Shown: positions 1 through 20,383, counted from the first letter of the stretch. The stretch: 64,000 nt of DNA from the human T2T-CHM13v2.0 reference genome, Homo sapiens (GCF_009914755.1 NC_060941.1); one strand, 5' to 3'. Notes: generated by a model not told the origin, from the sequence alone. A program made the numbers and translations.

Positions 1-39
1 GACAGCCCTGCTCCTTGACCAGCTGGCCCAGGGAGCCAC
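1..39 (-). CDS. MAP3K14: MAP3K14/NIK exon 8, 5' part only (runs off the window), kinase domain
   Basis: Minus strand reads ctcctag|GT GGC TCC CTG GGC CAG CTG GTC AAG GAG CAG GGC TGT, completing G474 and encoding GSLGQLVKEQGC. Acceptor AG is at 40-41. Confidence 0.95.
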   Translation of the reverse strand, partial: MAPWASWSRSRAV

Positions 40-195
40 CTAGGAGACCAAAGGCCAGGCTATACATGGGACTTGCCCGAGCCTCCATGCCAGCCAAGGG
101 CAAGAGCACAGGGCAGGCAGTGGAAAGCAGGGTCACAGGGTCAAGAGGTTAACAATGGATAGATCAGTGACCAAGGCCAACTTGGGCAAGACTCA

Positions 196-453
<258 letters not shown>

Positions 454-640
454 CTAGTGCTCCACATACAGAGGCTGCTGCTGTTTCCAGTGGTGATGCA
501 GGGGCCTGGGGGGCCTGCTGGACCCTCAGAGGCTAAATTGTGTATCCCGTGCCCTTGGTATCAGGAGCAACTTCTTGTACTTAATTAAAGTTCTGGAGTG
601 CTGCCTGTGTGCAAAAACAGCCACATAAAAACTACATCCG

Positions 641-1315
<675 letters not shown>

Positions 1316-1519
1316 CCCCTACATTCGTCATCCTGGCTGCTGGCACGCTGTCCGCCCTCAAATCTGCCAAACGCAGAACATTTTTTCCTCCAGCTAAATT
1401 TCTGGGCAATTTCTAGGATGTGGGACCTTTTGCTTATCAACATCCATGTCTACTCTCAGAAGCTGGGTTTTTGACTTATCTGACTGTCAAGAACCAAGAT
1501 TTGGACTCCATCGGGTGCA

Positions 1520-1835
<316 letters not shown>

Positions 1836-2292
1836 TCAACACTTTTCTTTCCCGGAGGACTAAAACATCCACATAGACAGAGCAGTGTTTATTCTGTTTG
1901 CAGCTGTCTCCCAGCATCTGGGAACTTAAGGAGGCTTCTGAGGAGGCTTCTGGGGAGTGGCCAAGGCCACTCCCACTGCCAAATGGCAGGTCCGGGATCA
2001 TCCACTCCTTTCTGCAGGGACCAGCAACTTGGTGGGAGGAAATAGGCCTTGGATATAAACATCTTGGGCTTAGATCCTGGCTCCGCCTTTTAAAACAAGG
2101 CAGCAGACTTCCCATCCACATATTTCCACATGCAAACAGCAGGGACGGTGGTATCTGCTCCTGGGTAGAGTAAGGATTTGGAAGGATGGTAACTGACACC
2201 AGGCCTGGCAACCAGTGGGCACTCAGGAAGTGCTAGCTCCCCAATTCCTCCAGCTCACATCAGAGAAGCTGATACTTAGACTGACTTAGACC

Positions 2293-2903
<611 letters not shown>

Positions 2904-2920
2904 TCTTAGGCTTCTTCTTC

Positions 2921-3084
2921 TTTTTTTTAATTTTATTTATTATTATACTTTAAGTTTTAGGGTACATGTGCACAATGTGCAGGTTTGTTACATATGTATA
3001 CATGTGCCATGTTGGTGTGCTGCACCCATTAACTTGTCATTTAGCATTAGGTATATCTCCTAATGCTATTCCTCCCCCCTCCCC
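2921..3084 (-). mobile_element. 5'-truncated L1PA 3' end
   Basis: ttattatactttaagttttagggtacatgtgcacaatgtgcaggtttgttacatatgtatacatgtgccatg is the reverse complement of the primate L1 3' UTR terminus. Confidence 0.92.
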
Positions 3085-3142
3085 GCTTAATAGACTTGTC
3101 CTCCTTCCTAGCTGCTGATGGTTCTCAAGTAAGCCTTGAGTA

Positions 3143-3161
3143 GCATCGCCAGGGGGCGCTG
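3143..3161 (+). promoter_or_regulatory. Candidate CTCF site
   Basis: GCATCGCCAGGGGGCGCTG closely matches the CTCF core. Motif evidence only. Confidence 0.55.
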
Positions 3162-3399
3162 GCAGTAACAGAACCAGCTTGGAAGCGATCTTCACAGACT
3201 TGCTGACTTGGCAAACAGCCCTGACACTGTGGGGTTTTTGGACTTTTGCCTATCAGTGGAAAATGTCGCCCTTCTGGTTCCCTAATATCTGGTTTGGTTA
3301 ATCACCTCCCATGAACTTTGACTCTGCCAGTGTTTCCAACTCTAAAAAGCCTCTGAACCTGAGTTGGAACTAATTCAACAACAGGACTTGTTAGCAAAT

Positions 3400-3945
3400 G
3401 TCTTCAGCCTAACCACCCCCAAACTGAGCTGAGGCACCCCGGGGCACTGCAGATAACTCAGAAGGGCGCCAAATGGATATCTGACATTTGAGGGAAACGG
3501 CCACCGCAGTATCTGCAGGACACCGCGTGAACTACTCGCTCGAGACAGTTCAGCTTCAAAGTACGATCACGCACGTGACATTCCCTTTGATAATGTATCT
3601 CTATGAAGCTATGTTTTTGCAGGTCACTGTGATTAAAAGTACTTCAAGGAGAAAATGTGGGATATGAAGGTGGTGGTGTCCTATCTGATTTCAAGGGTTG
3701 AGATGTGCAACAAGGCATACATCCCGTTAATAATCTGGCGGTTTGGAAATGGAAGGACCCTTTTTCTTTCAACTTATGTCACGCTTTTCAAATGGCTACT
3801 AAGTTGTTAGGATAAAGACTTATTATTCGACCTCACTGCTTCATAAACAGAACTGTTGGGTATTTGTTTTGGCCTGGGTTGCCCTGAAACAATGACTGAG
3901 ATATTAACAGGGCTGTGATCCAAAAGAGTTGGGGAAACTTGGCTT
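3400..3945. mobile_element. Old hAT-Charlie-type DNA transposon relic
   Basis: Resembles Charlie4-like consensus by eye; subfamily uncertain. Confidence 0.45.
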
Positions 3946-4455
3946 TAACTTTGCAGAAATCTGTAAGTCCTCTTAGAGTGTCCCGTCCATGCTAAAAATA
4001 TTTCCAACCACCCAGACCAAAGAGGTGGGAGGAGATACTTCAAAATACAAGGTGCTTTAGAAGTCGGTGCCAGAGGAGAAAGCAGCCCAGCCTTCCAGGC
4101 CAAGCTGGCTGCCCGTCTGGCCACCCCTCCTCTCTGAACTTCCGTGTTCCTCATCCGTAAAATGAGGGGGCTGGACTGCGATGAGGATATTCATGAGAAC
4201 TAAGATCTAATGCCCACTTATCATTTCCCAGGCACCGGTAAAGCCCTTTCTAAGCATTAGTTATTCAGATCTTACAATAGCCTGTAAGCTGGTGGGATCA
4301 TTATCCCCATTTTATAGATGAAGAAGCTGAAGCCTGGGCAAGTAATTTGCCCAAGGTCACTGGGTATAAGAGATCACAGCAGCGCTTTTACTCGGGCAAG
4401 CCTGACTCCAGAGCTGCCAGCTACTCTGCCTCCTGAAGGCCTTTCCATGCTGAAC

Positions 4456-8016
<3,561 letters not shown>

Positions 8017-8060
8017 GGACTTTTTATGCGTGTATAAACAAGTAGTTGTTTCTTCTATTA

Positions 8061-8366
<306 letters not shown>

Positions 8367-9406
8367 TCAAACAAAACCTTAAAAATAAAAACAACTGCAT
8401 CAAACCCTGGACCTATGGCCAATCAGCATCTAGATCAGGAGGATGAAGGGAGTGCTGGCACTGCCACGTGACACCTTACACACTGGATTCTCCCCAAGGA
8501 GCATCAGGGGGGCACAGACTTGCTCTGATCCGATGTGCGGCCTGACCTCTGATGCCTGATCCACCTCCCGGTCCCCATCTCCTAATCAGGGAACTGTTTC
8601 TCCTGCTCTTCCAGCTGAAAACCCTAAAGGACACCACTGCCTTGAGGGAAAGCAGGGGCTGTCTGCCCAACCAATGGCAGCTGTGCAGGCTGCCAAAGAG
8701 CCATCCCCACTGCATTCTCCGGGGTGGGAAGGAAGTGGTTCTGTGAGTGGCAGCTCTGGTGGGCTTGAGCTGCAGCTCTGGTGCTGAGAAGTCCATGCCT
8801 TGTGCTTGGAGCTTTTCCAACTGCCTTGCAGTGGATGCGAGGGGCGAGACATGGAGTATTTATCCTCTTCCACTATATTAGGGTTGTTTACCTTGTTGCC
8901 TGGGAGGACTCTTGAGGCCCTCAGCAGGGGAACAGCTGAGAAGCCCAGTGACTAAGCTCCCAGCACTGGGTGCGCGTCTCTTCACACTCTCACACTCTCC
9001 TCCCACCACCTCTCAAGAGGGACAGCTGAGCCTTCTCCGGTAGCCTGGGGAGGGGAATTGCAGCTGAGCAGGTCAGGCACGTGGCCTTGGCCTCCCCCAG
9101 TGGAAGACGATGATCCACACTGGCAAGAACTCGGCAAGAACTCAGCACGCACTCAGCACGTGTTGCCAGTCAGGGGTGGTGAGGGCGGAGTTTTCGTATT
9201 CGACACAGTGTGTCTGAAGTTTGGGGTGGTACCTGCAGATAGTCCCCTCACTGGTCTCACCATCCAGCCCAAGTACACACCAGGGAAGCCGGGTTTATTC
9301 ACATCCCAGCTGTCTCCTCTCCCCTTAAGGCCACAGGCACCCTGGACGGTGGTGGCAGCGTCTGCTCTGAATGGAGCCAGCGTGTGCCAGGCTTTTGTGC
9401 TCTGAC

Positions 9407-9505
9407 TACAGTGAGCATTTCCTGTGTCAGGTTGGTGCTCCAAAAGTTTTGGATTTTGGAGCACTTCAGATTTTGGGTTTTCAGATTGCGGATGCTCTAC
9501 CTGTA
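9407..9505. mobile_element. Tigger4/MER46-like DNA transposon end
   Basis: ttttggattttggagcacttcagattttggg...gatgctctacctgta, ending in a TA target dinucleotide. Confidence 0.6.
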
Positions 9506-10565
9506 TTTGTTGCTTTTCTTTCGGGGATTGGAGTGTCTCTGACATAAGCCACTTGAAACAAGGTATATCTCAGAGCTTACTTCACCCTGCCCAGAGGGCC
9601 AAGGGGATGGTCCACAGAAACGCACCTTAGGTCCTGGTGCTGGCTTTGAGGCCGAGAGCTTTGACTGGGGACAAGGTGGCTTCCAATCAAGATGATCTGA
9701 GAGTTGGGGGTGGGGGAAAGGTTGGTGACAGGGAGAAGGACCGACACCTGTAAGGTCTGTGGGTCTGCAGCCGCCACCGATGCTCCCTCTGGGCCCGGAT
9801 AGTGTGATCTGACAGGAGGAGGCCTCAGCTCCAGGCCCAGCATGCCACACTGTCCTCTCTGCTCTCCACTTCTAACATCAGTGAGATGAAGGGGTGGGAG
9901 GGGTGATTCCTGTCTTCTGTCTCTACTCAAAACTCTAGGACAAGAAGTCTATCTTCTTCCCTCTTCTTCCTGAAGAGTGGTTGAAAGCCGAACTCTCAGG
10001 TCAGACAGACCTGGTCTGATTCAGGGCTCTTGCCACCCGGCCAGTGACTTCCTGTCTTGCCAAGCTTCATGTCCCCAACATGTCTGTCTTGCAGGACTGT
10101 GGCACGCCTGGCCAACAGGGGGCACAGCTCCGACTCTGGCAGATCTGCCCACTCCCACTGAGGCTGGCTTCCTCCTAGAAGCACCCCACAGGTGGAGGCT
10201 ACTGCTTTCCTATCATCTGGCCCAGGTCAGGGGCGGCCTCCTATGTGGTTCAGGGGTTTTACCTCAGTGTGAATTTCATGACGCTCCAACCATCTTCCAC
10301 GTTGGGACTTGCCCCTCAGGCCCTGGCTGTATTGAGACACCGAGGCCACGTGTGTCCTCTCACACTGCCTCTCACATACACACATGCCAGGGGCAGCAGC
10401 CAGGCCAGGACACGTGACAGGCTGCTCCCTTCCAGTTCCAGCCGACCTCAGGTGGCTAGTGATAGCCAAGTTCTGTTCACAAGTCAGACCCACGGCCACC
10501 CTGCGACTGTCCTGGACAGAAAGCAGAGGGAACACACCAGGCCCCCTTCCTGGCTTCCCTCTTCA

Positions 10566-10787
<222 letters not shown>

Positions 10788-11051
10788 CTACAGTGAGGAA
10801 GACTCTCCAGCTGGTGACCTTGCCAGGGCTGCTGAGCTGAGCCCTCACAACCAGGCAGCCCTGGGGCGAAGGCAGGGATCTGAGCCGGGCAGCACCAGAG
10901 AGGGGGCAGAGGAATGAAGTGAAGGCGAGGGAAGGGTTCATGGGCTGCGGCCACTGATCCTTGTGATGAAAAACATCCCAGACTTGTGATGGTGAGACAG
11001 AAACAGAACTGCCAATCACCTTGACAATGAAAAAACAAAACTCAGGAGCTA

Positions 11052-11789
<738 letters not shown>

Positions 11790-12118
11790 TCAAAGTTTGA
11801 TAAAATCATTTAAAGTTATAAAATTATTTGGGAAGTTAACAAGAGGAAAAAGGGAAGGAGGTGGGTGGTGAAAACAGGTCCCATCCTCATCTTCCGTCTC
11901 TGGGGGCCATGATAACATCTCCAGTGGCTCCTGGCTGATTCCCCTTGTCCTCAGCATGTGTACTATTAATGCAGTGCCCACATTCAGCAAGCAGGAGGTG
12001 ACCAACCAGAAGAACTCAGAACAGAAGACGCTAAAAAGGCTGTGAGAAGTGAGATTGGCGGAATAAGAGATGATACTTTTCATCCACAATGAGCACTGTC
12101 CTACTGTTTGATTTGTCA

Positions 12119-12841
<723 letters not shown>

Positions 12842-12931
12842 CTATCAGCACAGAGGGCCAGGGCCCAGGGACAGGCTCCAATTTCAAGGCCCCATGAACC
12901 TGGGGTCTGGGCAGTGGGTGGAGGGTCTCAC

Positions 12932-13142
12932 CTGCACTGGGATGGTGCAGCTCTCCTGCTCAGGGGTCCTGGGGAGGGGTTTGGCCAAGGCCACTCCTGC
13001 ATGAGCCAGGGACTTTGAGCTCTTCTTCTTCCGTTTCTTCCGGGCTTTGCTGCGACGCTTTCCCTTCCAACACACACGGGCCATTTTGCCCTCTGTAGCA
13101 TGGGCCACATTGTTGGGGATCTGATCAAGACTCTCGGACTGG
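12932..13142 (-). CDS. MAP3K14: MAP3K14 exon 4 (211 bp), basic region
   Basis: gtgacag|C CAG TCC ... GTGCAG|gtgaga. Encodes QSESLDQ...ESCTIPVQ (aa 110-179), with RKKRKKK at 13022-13042. A 108-bp intron separates it from exon 5. Confidence 0.97.
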
Positions 13143-14104
13143 CTGTCACAAAAGGGACAGATTTGCATATTGAGCACGAGGAAGCAGGAAGATGGACTGG
13201 TCCAGACACTTGTATCTGGACTCCTGCAGATCCAAGGTCAAATCCCAGGTTGCCATTCCTTGTGTGAATGCGGCAAGGTTTCTAAATCCCAAGGAACCTG
13301 TTTTCTCACTTATCTCACTTATAAAATGGGTTTGGTATTTTCTGCCATACAGGGTGGAAATGAAGTTTCAATAATTTAGTTCATTTAAAAAGCCCAGCTC
13401 AGTGTCTGGCCCCAAGGCAAGCTGCCGAGAAGCTGTGCTTGTTACTATGGTGATGGGGTACAGACTCAGCACTTCTTGGGGAGAGTCAGGGGAGCAGACA
13501 TGGTTCGCTCACTGCTCTCCAAGGTGAGCTGCCCCTGGAGAGTTCCTAGGAGGGGGCCACGCTCATGGCAGGCCTCTCAGCTCTGACTGAGCAGAGCTTG
13601 TTTCTGTTGCCTCCGGATGGAGGAACAGGTAAGGCTGGTCACCTCCATTCTCACAGTTCCTGGGGGTCCCTGGCTGCTGTTGAAGGTGAACAGCCTGGGC
13701 TGCTGCCTGGTACTGGGGAGCCTGCCCTTCTCTGCTGGCCTCGGGGCTCATCACTGCCATGGCTCTAACTGGACTGGGATCCCTGCCAAGTATTAAAGGA
13801 CCCAGCAACAGATGGGTTGCTGCAGAACAGCTGTGGAGCAGATCATGGCCTCGGCCACCCTCCCTTGGCCTCATCTTCTGCCCCCATGGAGAAGGCAGAC
13901 TCATGGCAGTCCTGGGGACCACTGGAGGCCTACAGGCTTCTCTTGGACAGCTGAAAGAAGTGTGTCTATCAGAGGCTCCTACCCTGGGCCAAAAGGCACC
14001 CAGGACAGCAGAAGGAATCCCACCAAACTGAGCATTTCTTGGTTCCAAGGCAGCCAGCTGCCCTCCCCACAATCTTATCACTAGCAGGTTCCAAACTCCA
14101 ATGA

Positions 14105-14453
<349 letters not shown>

Positions 14454-15015
14454 CACTTGAACTCTTGTTTCAAAAAATCATCTGTGGGGGAATGCAGAGC
14501 CTGGGAACAGACTCAGCCCCACCCTGGCTTCCTTTCTACCGGGCCACCAAGTCTATCTGTCCCCTCCTTTTCTACCGCCCGCATCCCTACTCGGTGCATC
14601 TCCCAGGAGAAAAGGCACCAGCAGGTTTCTCCCATAGAGGACAGTGGAAGGCCCCCCCCACCAACCCGGCCTGCGCTCACGGTCACGCAAGAGTGGGAAG
14701 CAGCTTCTGTTCCCAGCACCCTCCCTGTTGATGGGAAACGAGGGGGTGCATTAAGGACTCTGAGGAGAATAAAAATAAAATGTCAAGTTGATGTGGCCCA
14801 GAGGCAGTCAGCCACAAGCTGTGAAAAGCCTTTGAAAAGCTTATTTGGCTGAGAGAGCGGCTCAGCCAGGAAAGCCTGGGTGAGTTCCAGGAGCTGAACC
14901 ACAGGTGCTGAGGGAGGGAGCCCGGGGTCAGCAGGAGCGGCCCAGGCAAGTGCTGGGGACGAGGGCGCTGGGTCCAGTCCCCACCTTCCCACTCAGGCTT
15001 GTCTCCCCTGCTTAC

Positions 15016-15085
15016 CTGTACTGTTTGGACCCAGCGATGAAAATGCGTTCTGAAAAGGTGGGGCTGAACTCTTGGCTATTCTCAC
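15016..15085 (-). CDS. MAP3K14: MAP3K14 exon 3 (70 bp)
   Basis: gctttag|GTGAGAAT ... TACAG|gtaagc. Encodes (C)ENSQEFSPTFSERIFIAGSKQY(S); phases fit exons 2 and 4. Confidence 0.96.
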
Positions 15086-16269
15086 CTAAAGCAAAAGGAG
15101 TTGGATTAGCAGAGAGGAGAAAAAATAGGAATTTAGCACTTAGGGGAGAGACATTTTACAGAGATCCCCTCTGGCGCCTCTCCTTCCCCTCCTTTCCAGA
15201 CAACCCCTGTCTGGCAGTCACCTCCCCACCAATGCCTCCTTCCCGCACTGTCTCTCCCCAGCTTCTCAGCTTACTGGTCAAGAGCAGACCACGGCCTCAG
15301 CCACCTGCTCTGAAATAGCCAAGCCTATATTATGGGGATCACAGGGCGCCCGCCTCACTTCCTATGAAGCTGAAGTGAGATGATCTACAGAAAATGCTCA
15401 ACACAGTGCCTGGCTCATAGGAAAAACAGCTATTAGGTATTTATATATGTGTGTACATATAAGTGTGGATATATGTGTATTTTTTTAAAACAATTATTAT
15501 GTCACTCTCTGTATTTTAGTTTTTATTCTCTCATCTCTCCTCAAAAACCAACCAGGAGGAAGTGGGAGACGAGGGCAGGATGTATGCGTGTGGAGAAATG
15601 ACAGCATGGCTGTCCAGCTCTCCAGGTTCCACCCCAAGAAGCCTCCCGGGTTGAGGGAAGGCGTTGGAGAGAGAGGACTCCCGGCCCTACCCAGGCCTCG
15701 TGGGAGTTTCTGTCTCCAAGGGAAGCCACCATTACTAGTCATCATAAGGTATCATGAGTAGAAGAAGAAAGGACCAGACTAGGTCTCACCCTGCAGCAGC
15801 CTGCCGCCCCAGGACTGGCCCAGCAGGCTCAAGAGCACGGTGCTCATTCCTGGGGGTGGGGCCACCTCTAGGTGGAAGATGGTGAAGGCCCTACAGGCCC
15901 CAGTGGGGCTTTCCAGGAGACCTGGCCTTTCCTGTCTGGAGCCTCTCCAGACACTGGGGCTGCTCAAGGTCACAGCAGAAGGTTGATGGCCTGCTTGATG
16001 ATTCTGCAGAGTCCCGAGTGCTCGTCTGTTACCTCTCTTCCCCTGCTCCAGTCACGATGGGCACAGCCTCCCCTTGCCACATCCACCATCTGTGCACTTT
16101 TACAACCCCACTTTCCATGATTCTCGGCACAGACCTCTGGTTGTGTCTCATGAGAATCTTATCTAGCAGTGACACAGACCTCTCTCCTCCATAGGGAACC
16201 CCTGGGCCCAGCTACCCACCTGCAGGCCCACCCACCTGCCCCGTGCCCACAACAACCCTAGGCCCCTAC

Positions 16270-16525
16270 ACTCAGCCTGGGCGATGATAGAGATGGCAGC
16301 TGGCCCTGCCTCGGAGCCTTCCTTGGCTGTGCCCTTGGTAATCACGTCATTCAGGATCTCCCACTTTCCGCAGAACACAGGGCTCTTCTCCACGGCCTCA
16401 AGCTTGTAGACGGAGCTCTGTTTCTTCCCCAGTGGCGGCGTCTTCTCCTTGGCTTTGGGGAGTTCCTTCTGCTGCCCCACTGCTGAGCCAGGGGCACCTG
16501 GGCAGGCCATTTCCATCACTGCCAT
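16270..16525 (-). CDS. MAP3K14: MAP3K14 exon 2 coding part with start codon (whole exon 16270..16545)
   Basis: ATG at 16525 in strong context (GAGATGG). Encodes MAVMEMACPG...ISIIAQAE (aa 1-85): N-terminal IAP-binding-like AVM and TRAF3-binding ISIIAQA (16274-16294). Acceptor tctctcag| at 16546-47; donor AGT|gtaggg. Confidence 0.97.
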
Positions 16526-17076
16526 CTCCCAGGCTTGTGCTCATCCTGAGAGAGACCAAACACAGAGCAGGTCACTTAGAATCCCAGACCTGGGAGAACA
16601 CAGGTCAGCCTTGGGTTGGGGGAGAAAGGCAGGGGCAAAGGGTCTCTGCCTGTTTATGTGTGCCTCTGCCACACATACTCATCCTCCAAACATCCTCAAT
16701 GGTAACAGAGTCCACCTCTCAACAGCTACACGTTCCACACGGCACAGTCCCCCGGTCCTCCCAGTACCACAACATAAACAGCCTCCTTCACTGTGTCCAG
16801 CAAGGATGCCAGCCCACTCCCTCTAGGAGAGCTGTGGCACAAATGTCTGGGTTGGCTCTTTCTTGCCTTTATGATGGCTCGATCTTTTTCTGTTGTTTTA
16901 TGGCAAACTTTGTTTCCCCAGGACAGGGTGGTGAATCCCAGACTCCAAAACCATGGCCTCACTGACCCCACATAAGCCTTTGGAGAGGACCTGTTGGCAC
17001 ACACCATCCACAGCGACTTTTCTCCAAGTGGAGAGAAGCAAGGTTCTATTCTGTTCCCTAGTAGGAGGTAGATATC

Positions 17077-17099
17077 TGTGTGTGTGTGTGTGTGTGTGT
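17077..17099. repeat. (TG)n microsatellite
   Basis: About 11 TG units. Confidence 0.9.
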
Positions 17100-18047
17100 C
17101 CTACAAAGTCTAAAACTCAGCATGCAAATGGTGCTCAGCACGTGGTTCCTTGCCCAATGCGTCTGTTTGTGGCTCTCCAGAAGGAACTAACATGCTTCCT
17201 CCTCTAATGTCCAAACTCATTGGCTGAAAACTTCTAGGTATCATTTTTCATTCAGGCAACATCAGGAGTAGAATTTATATTCAAGGCCCTAACACGAACC
17301 TATACCTCTAGAAATAAAGAATAAAGCATAAGAATTCACGTCTCTCTGGGTTCTGTCTTGCCCAGCCCTAGGAAGCTGCAAAGAAGAGCAACCCAGAGTT
17401 GCCAACAATCTGTGCAAACAGCCTGCAGACTGGAATTGGCAAAAAAGAGAAGAGCACTGATTTGAGACTGTTACCATTTGGAAACCTTTTTAAAGGCTGG
17501 GAGTTTTTAAAGGGCAGGGCCCCTCTCAGGCATGACTTGCTTTAGAAACAGCCTGAGAAGGTCCCAAATGCAGACAGATTTTTAATAACTGCTCTCTGAT
17601 GGTAGGTTTGTCTTAAAGCTGCTACCAGCAGAAATCATCTTCCTTGCTATAACTCTGTGAACCCTGGATCACTTCTCTGCTTCTGGGGCAGACAGGTACA
17701 CCATCTGAAGCTGAACTCTAAGGCCTCTGGCCTTTTGCCCTGTGAGGCCTGAGGACTGAATGAGATGGTGGGAAGCTGAGGTACTAGGTTGAAGCATTCC
17801 TCCTTCTGAATCTGCCTCACTGGTCTTCCCACCTCGATGGCTATGAAAGGCTCTGCCAGCTTGGCTGGCGGGTGTGGTGGGGTTTGTTGTTCACTATTGA
17901 TTAGTTCCTTGCATCTCTGTCTTTAAGGGTCTCCTAGCTCTGAACTTGGAGCAGCTCCAGCTTCCTGCAAGGATGCCTGGATTTGGTACCAAACGCCAGA
18001 TGCTGAGGAGGCTGAATGGTACCTGAGGATCTTAAGAAGTCTGAGGG

Positions 18048-18468
<421 letters not shown>

Positions 18469-20383
18469 CTAAGCCCAGAGCCGATCCCACTGTTCTCAGC
18501 CTCTTTACCAGGGGAAATGAGATCTTAAGAACAGACCAAAAAGTCTCCAAACCTAACAGCAGTAGGGAATGCTCACAGGGAGCTCGATGTGAGCGTGACC
18601 TCCTCATTTCTATTTGAAGAAGCTGAGGCCTAATTCAGTGGAGACTTGCCCAAGGTCACCCAACCCACGTGTGACAGGACATGGCCAGGATCCAGACCCT
18701 AGGTTCTTTAGGCTATGATGCCCACTCCCCAAGCTCCTGGGTTACAGGCAAATGCAGGAGGGCACACTAAGGTCCTCCCTGGTCAACAGGCTCCTGAGGG
18801 AAGAGGTGGGGCCCTGCACACAGTGCCTCCCCAGTGTATAGCACAGGGGCCACAGACCACGCAACTGACGCTGGCTGAACGAGGGACTCAAAGGACAAAG
18901 ATTGCTTTTCCATAACCTTTGGAGACAGGATGATCCCGAATGCTGAGGAGGAAGAGAGAGTCCTGCCTGATGAATGAGAAAAATGAGGCCAGGTGGTGCA
19001 GTTGCTGCTCTGAGGGGCACGTGGCTATTAGAGATCTGGCTGTGTGGGGGCTCTGATAGCCTGTCTCCGCCTGGCATGGCCCAACGGAGGCTTCTGGATA
19101 GGTCATCCTGAGCTAGAACTCCTCCAGAGGGGGTGCAGGGCATCCCGAGTCCCAGAGTTGTCCTTTCATATTGGTGTTAGGTAGGCAGCTGTCCAGCGCC
19201 CCTCTGTGAGCACACCAGGCTCCCCTCTTCCCAGAGAAGTGGAAGCTGAGGCTGAGGCAGCCACGCTCAGAGACTCCTTTGCAGTTCCCCGATGACTCAT
19301 CCAACAGCCTGGCAGGCAGACAGTAACAAGGAGGCTGTTGAGAAGCTGACCCAGCAGATGGCAGCTGAACTTGTGAAGGACATGGGGAAAACAGGCTGAC
19401 CCTCACCTCTCAGGGGCACAAATCACGGCCTGGGAGCTGTAAAGCTCCTCCTGTGGCTGGCTTTTCTGTGCCACATCACCATGACTCAGACCCTCACCGA
19501 CAGCCTCCAAGTTCAAGAGGCTATTCTTGGGACACTTTGGCCTGACAGTGGCTCTCCCCAAACACCACCTCCCACACAGACACACATGCACACACACACA
19601 TGCACACACAGACACACACACATACGGATGCACTTGCTCCCTCCCTCCTTTCCTAATTCTATCTGGACTCTGGTCTACAAAAATCATGGTTCTGTACTAA
19701 GTCCAGGACTACTGGCCAGGGGGCCTTCCCAGCCCTGGACTTTGGTCTCTGGCTGTCACCCCAGCTCATGGCCCTAACACTTTGCCCCTTCTCCCTCCTG
19801 CAGCGTGTGGGGAGGACGAAGTGGGAGCCAGTTATGTCTCTGCCTTTGAAGGCAAGTCAAACTCCTGATTCATTCCTCAGCCTAGACACTCTCCTCAGCT
19901 TATTCACGCCCCAAAGGCATTGGGCCCTCTACTCTCTGCATAAGAGTTGAGGACACGAGCAGTGGCAACAGCCAAACCCACATGGCTCACCCATAAGCCC
20001 AAGAAATCAGAAGAGGAAAGGAAAGGAGCAGAATTCACTCCATATTCTTTGAGGCCTGATGCACAGACACTGTTGGTTCTTTCTTCTGTGATGCCTCAGT
20101 GACCTCCTGGAGAAGCCTGGGGGATAGGAATGATCTGGACAGTACCAGATCAACCTCTGGGCATAGCTGTATGAGGAGTTCTTAATCTAGGTTCAAGGAT
20201 GGATTCAGGGAGAAAAATGTAATTTGCATTTTTCCAGGGAAGACTTGGTCCATAGCTTTCAACAGATTCTCCAAGGATCTGCCATTCCCCAGAAGGTTCC
20301 TCTAGTCTCCCTAGAAAATCAGGGCCGGGCTAAATGCCTGATTCTGGCTCTATTCTTCCACTCCGAGGAAAAGCTCTCCAATG

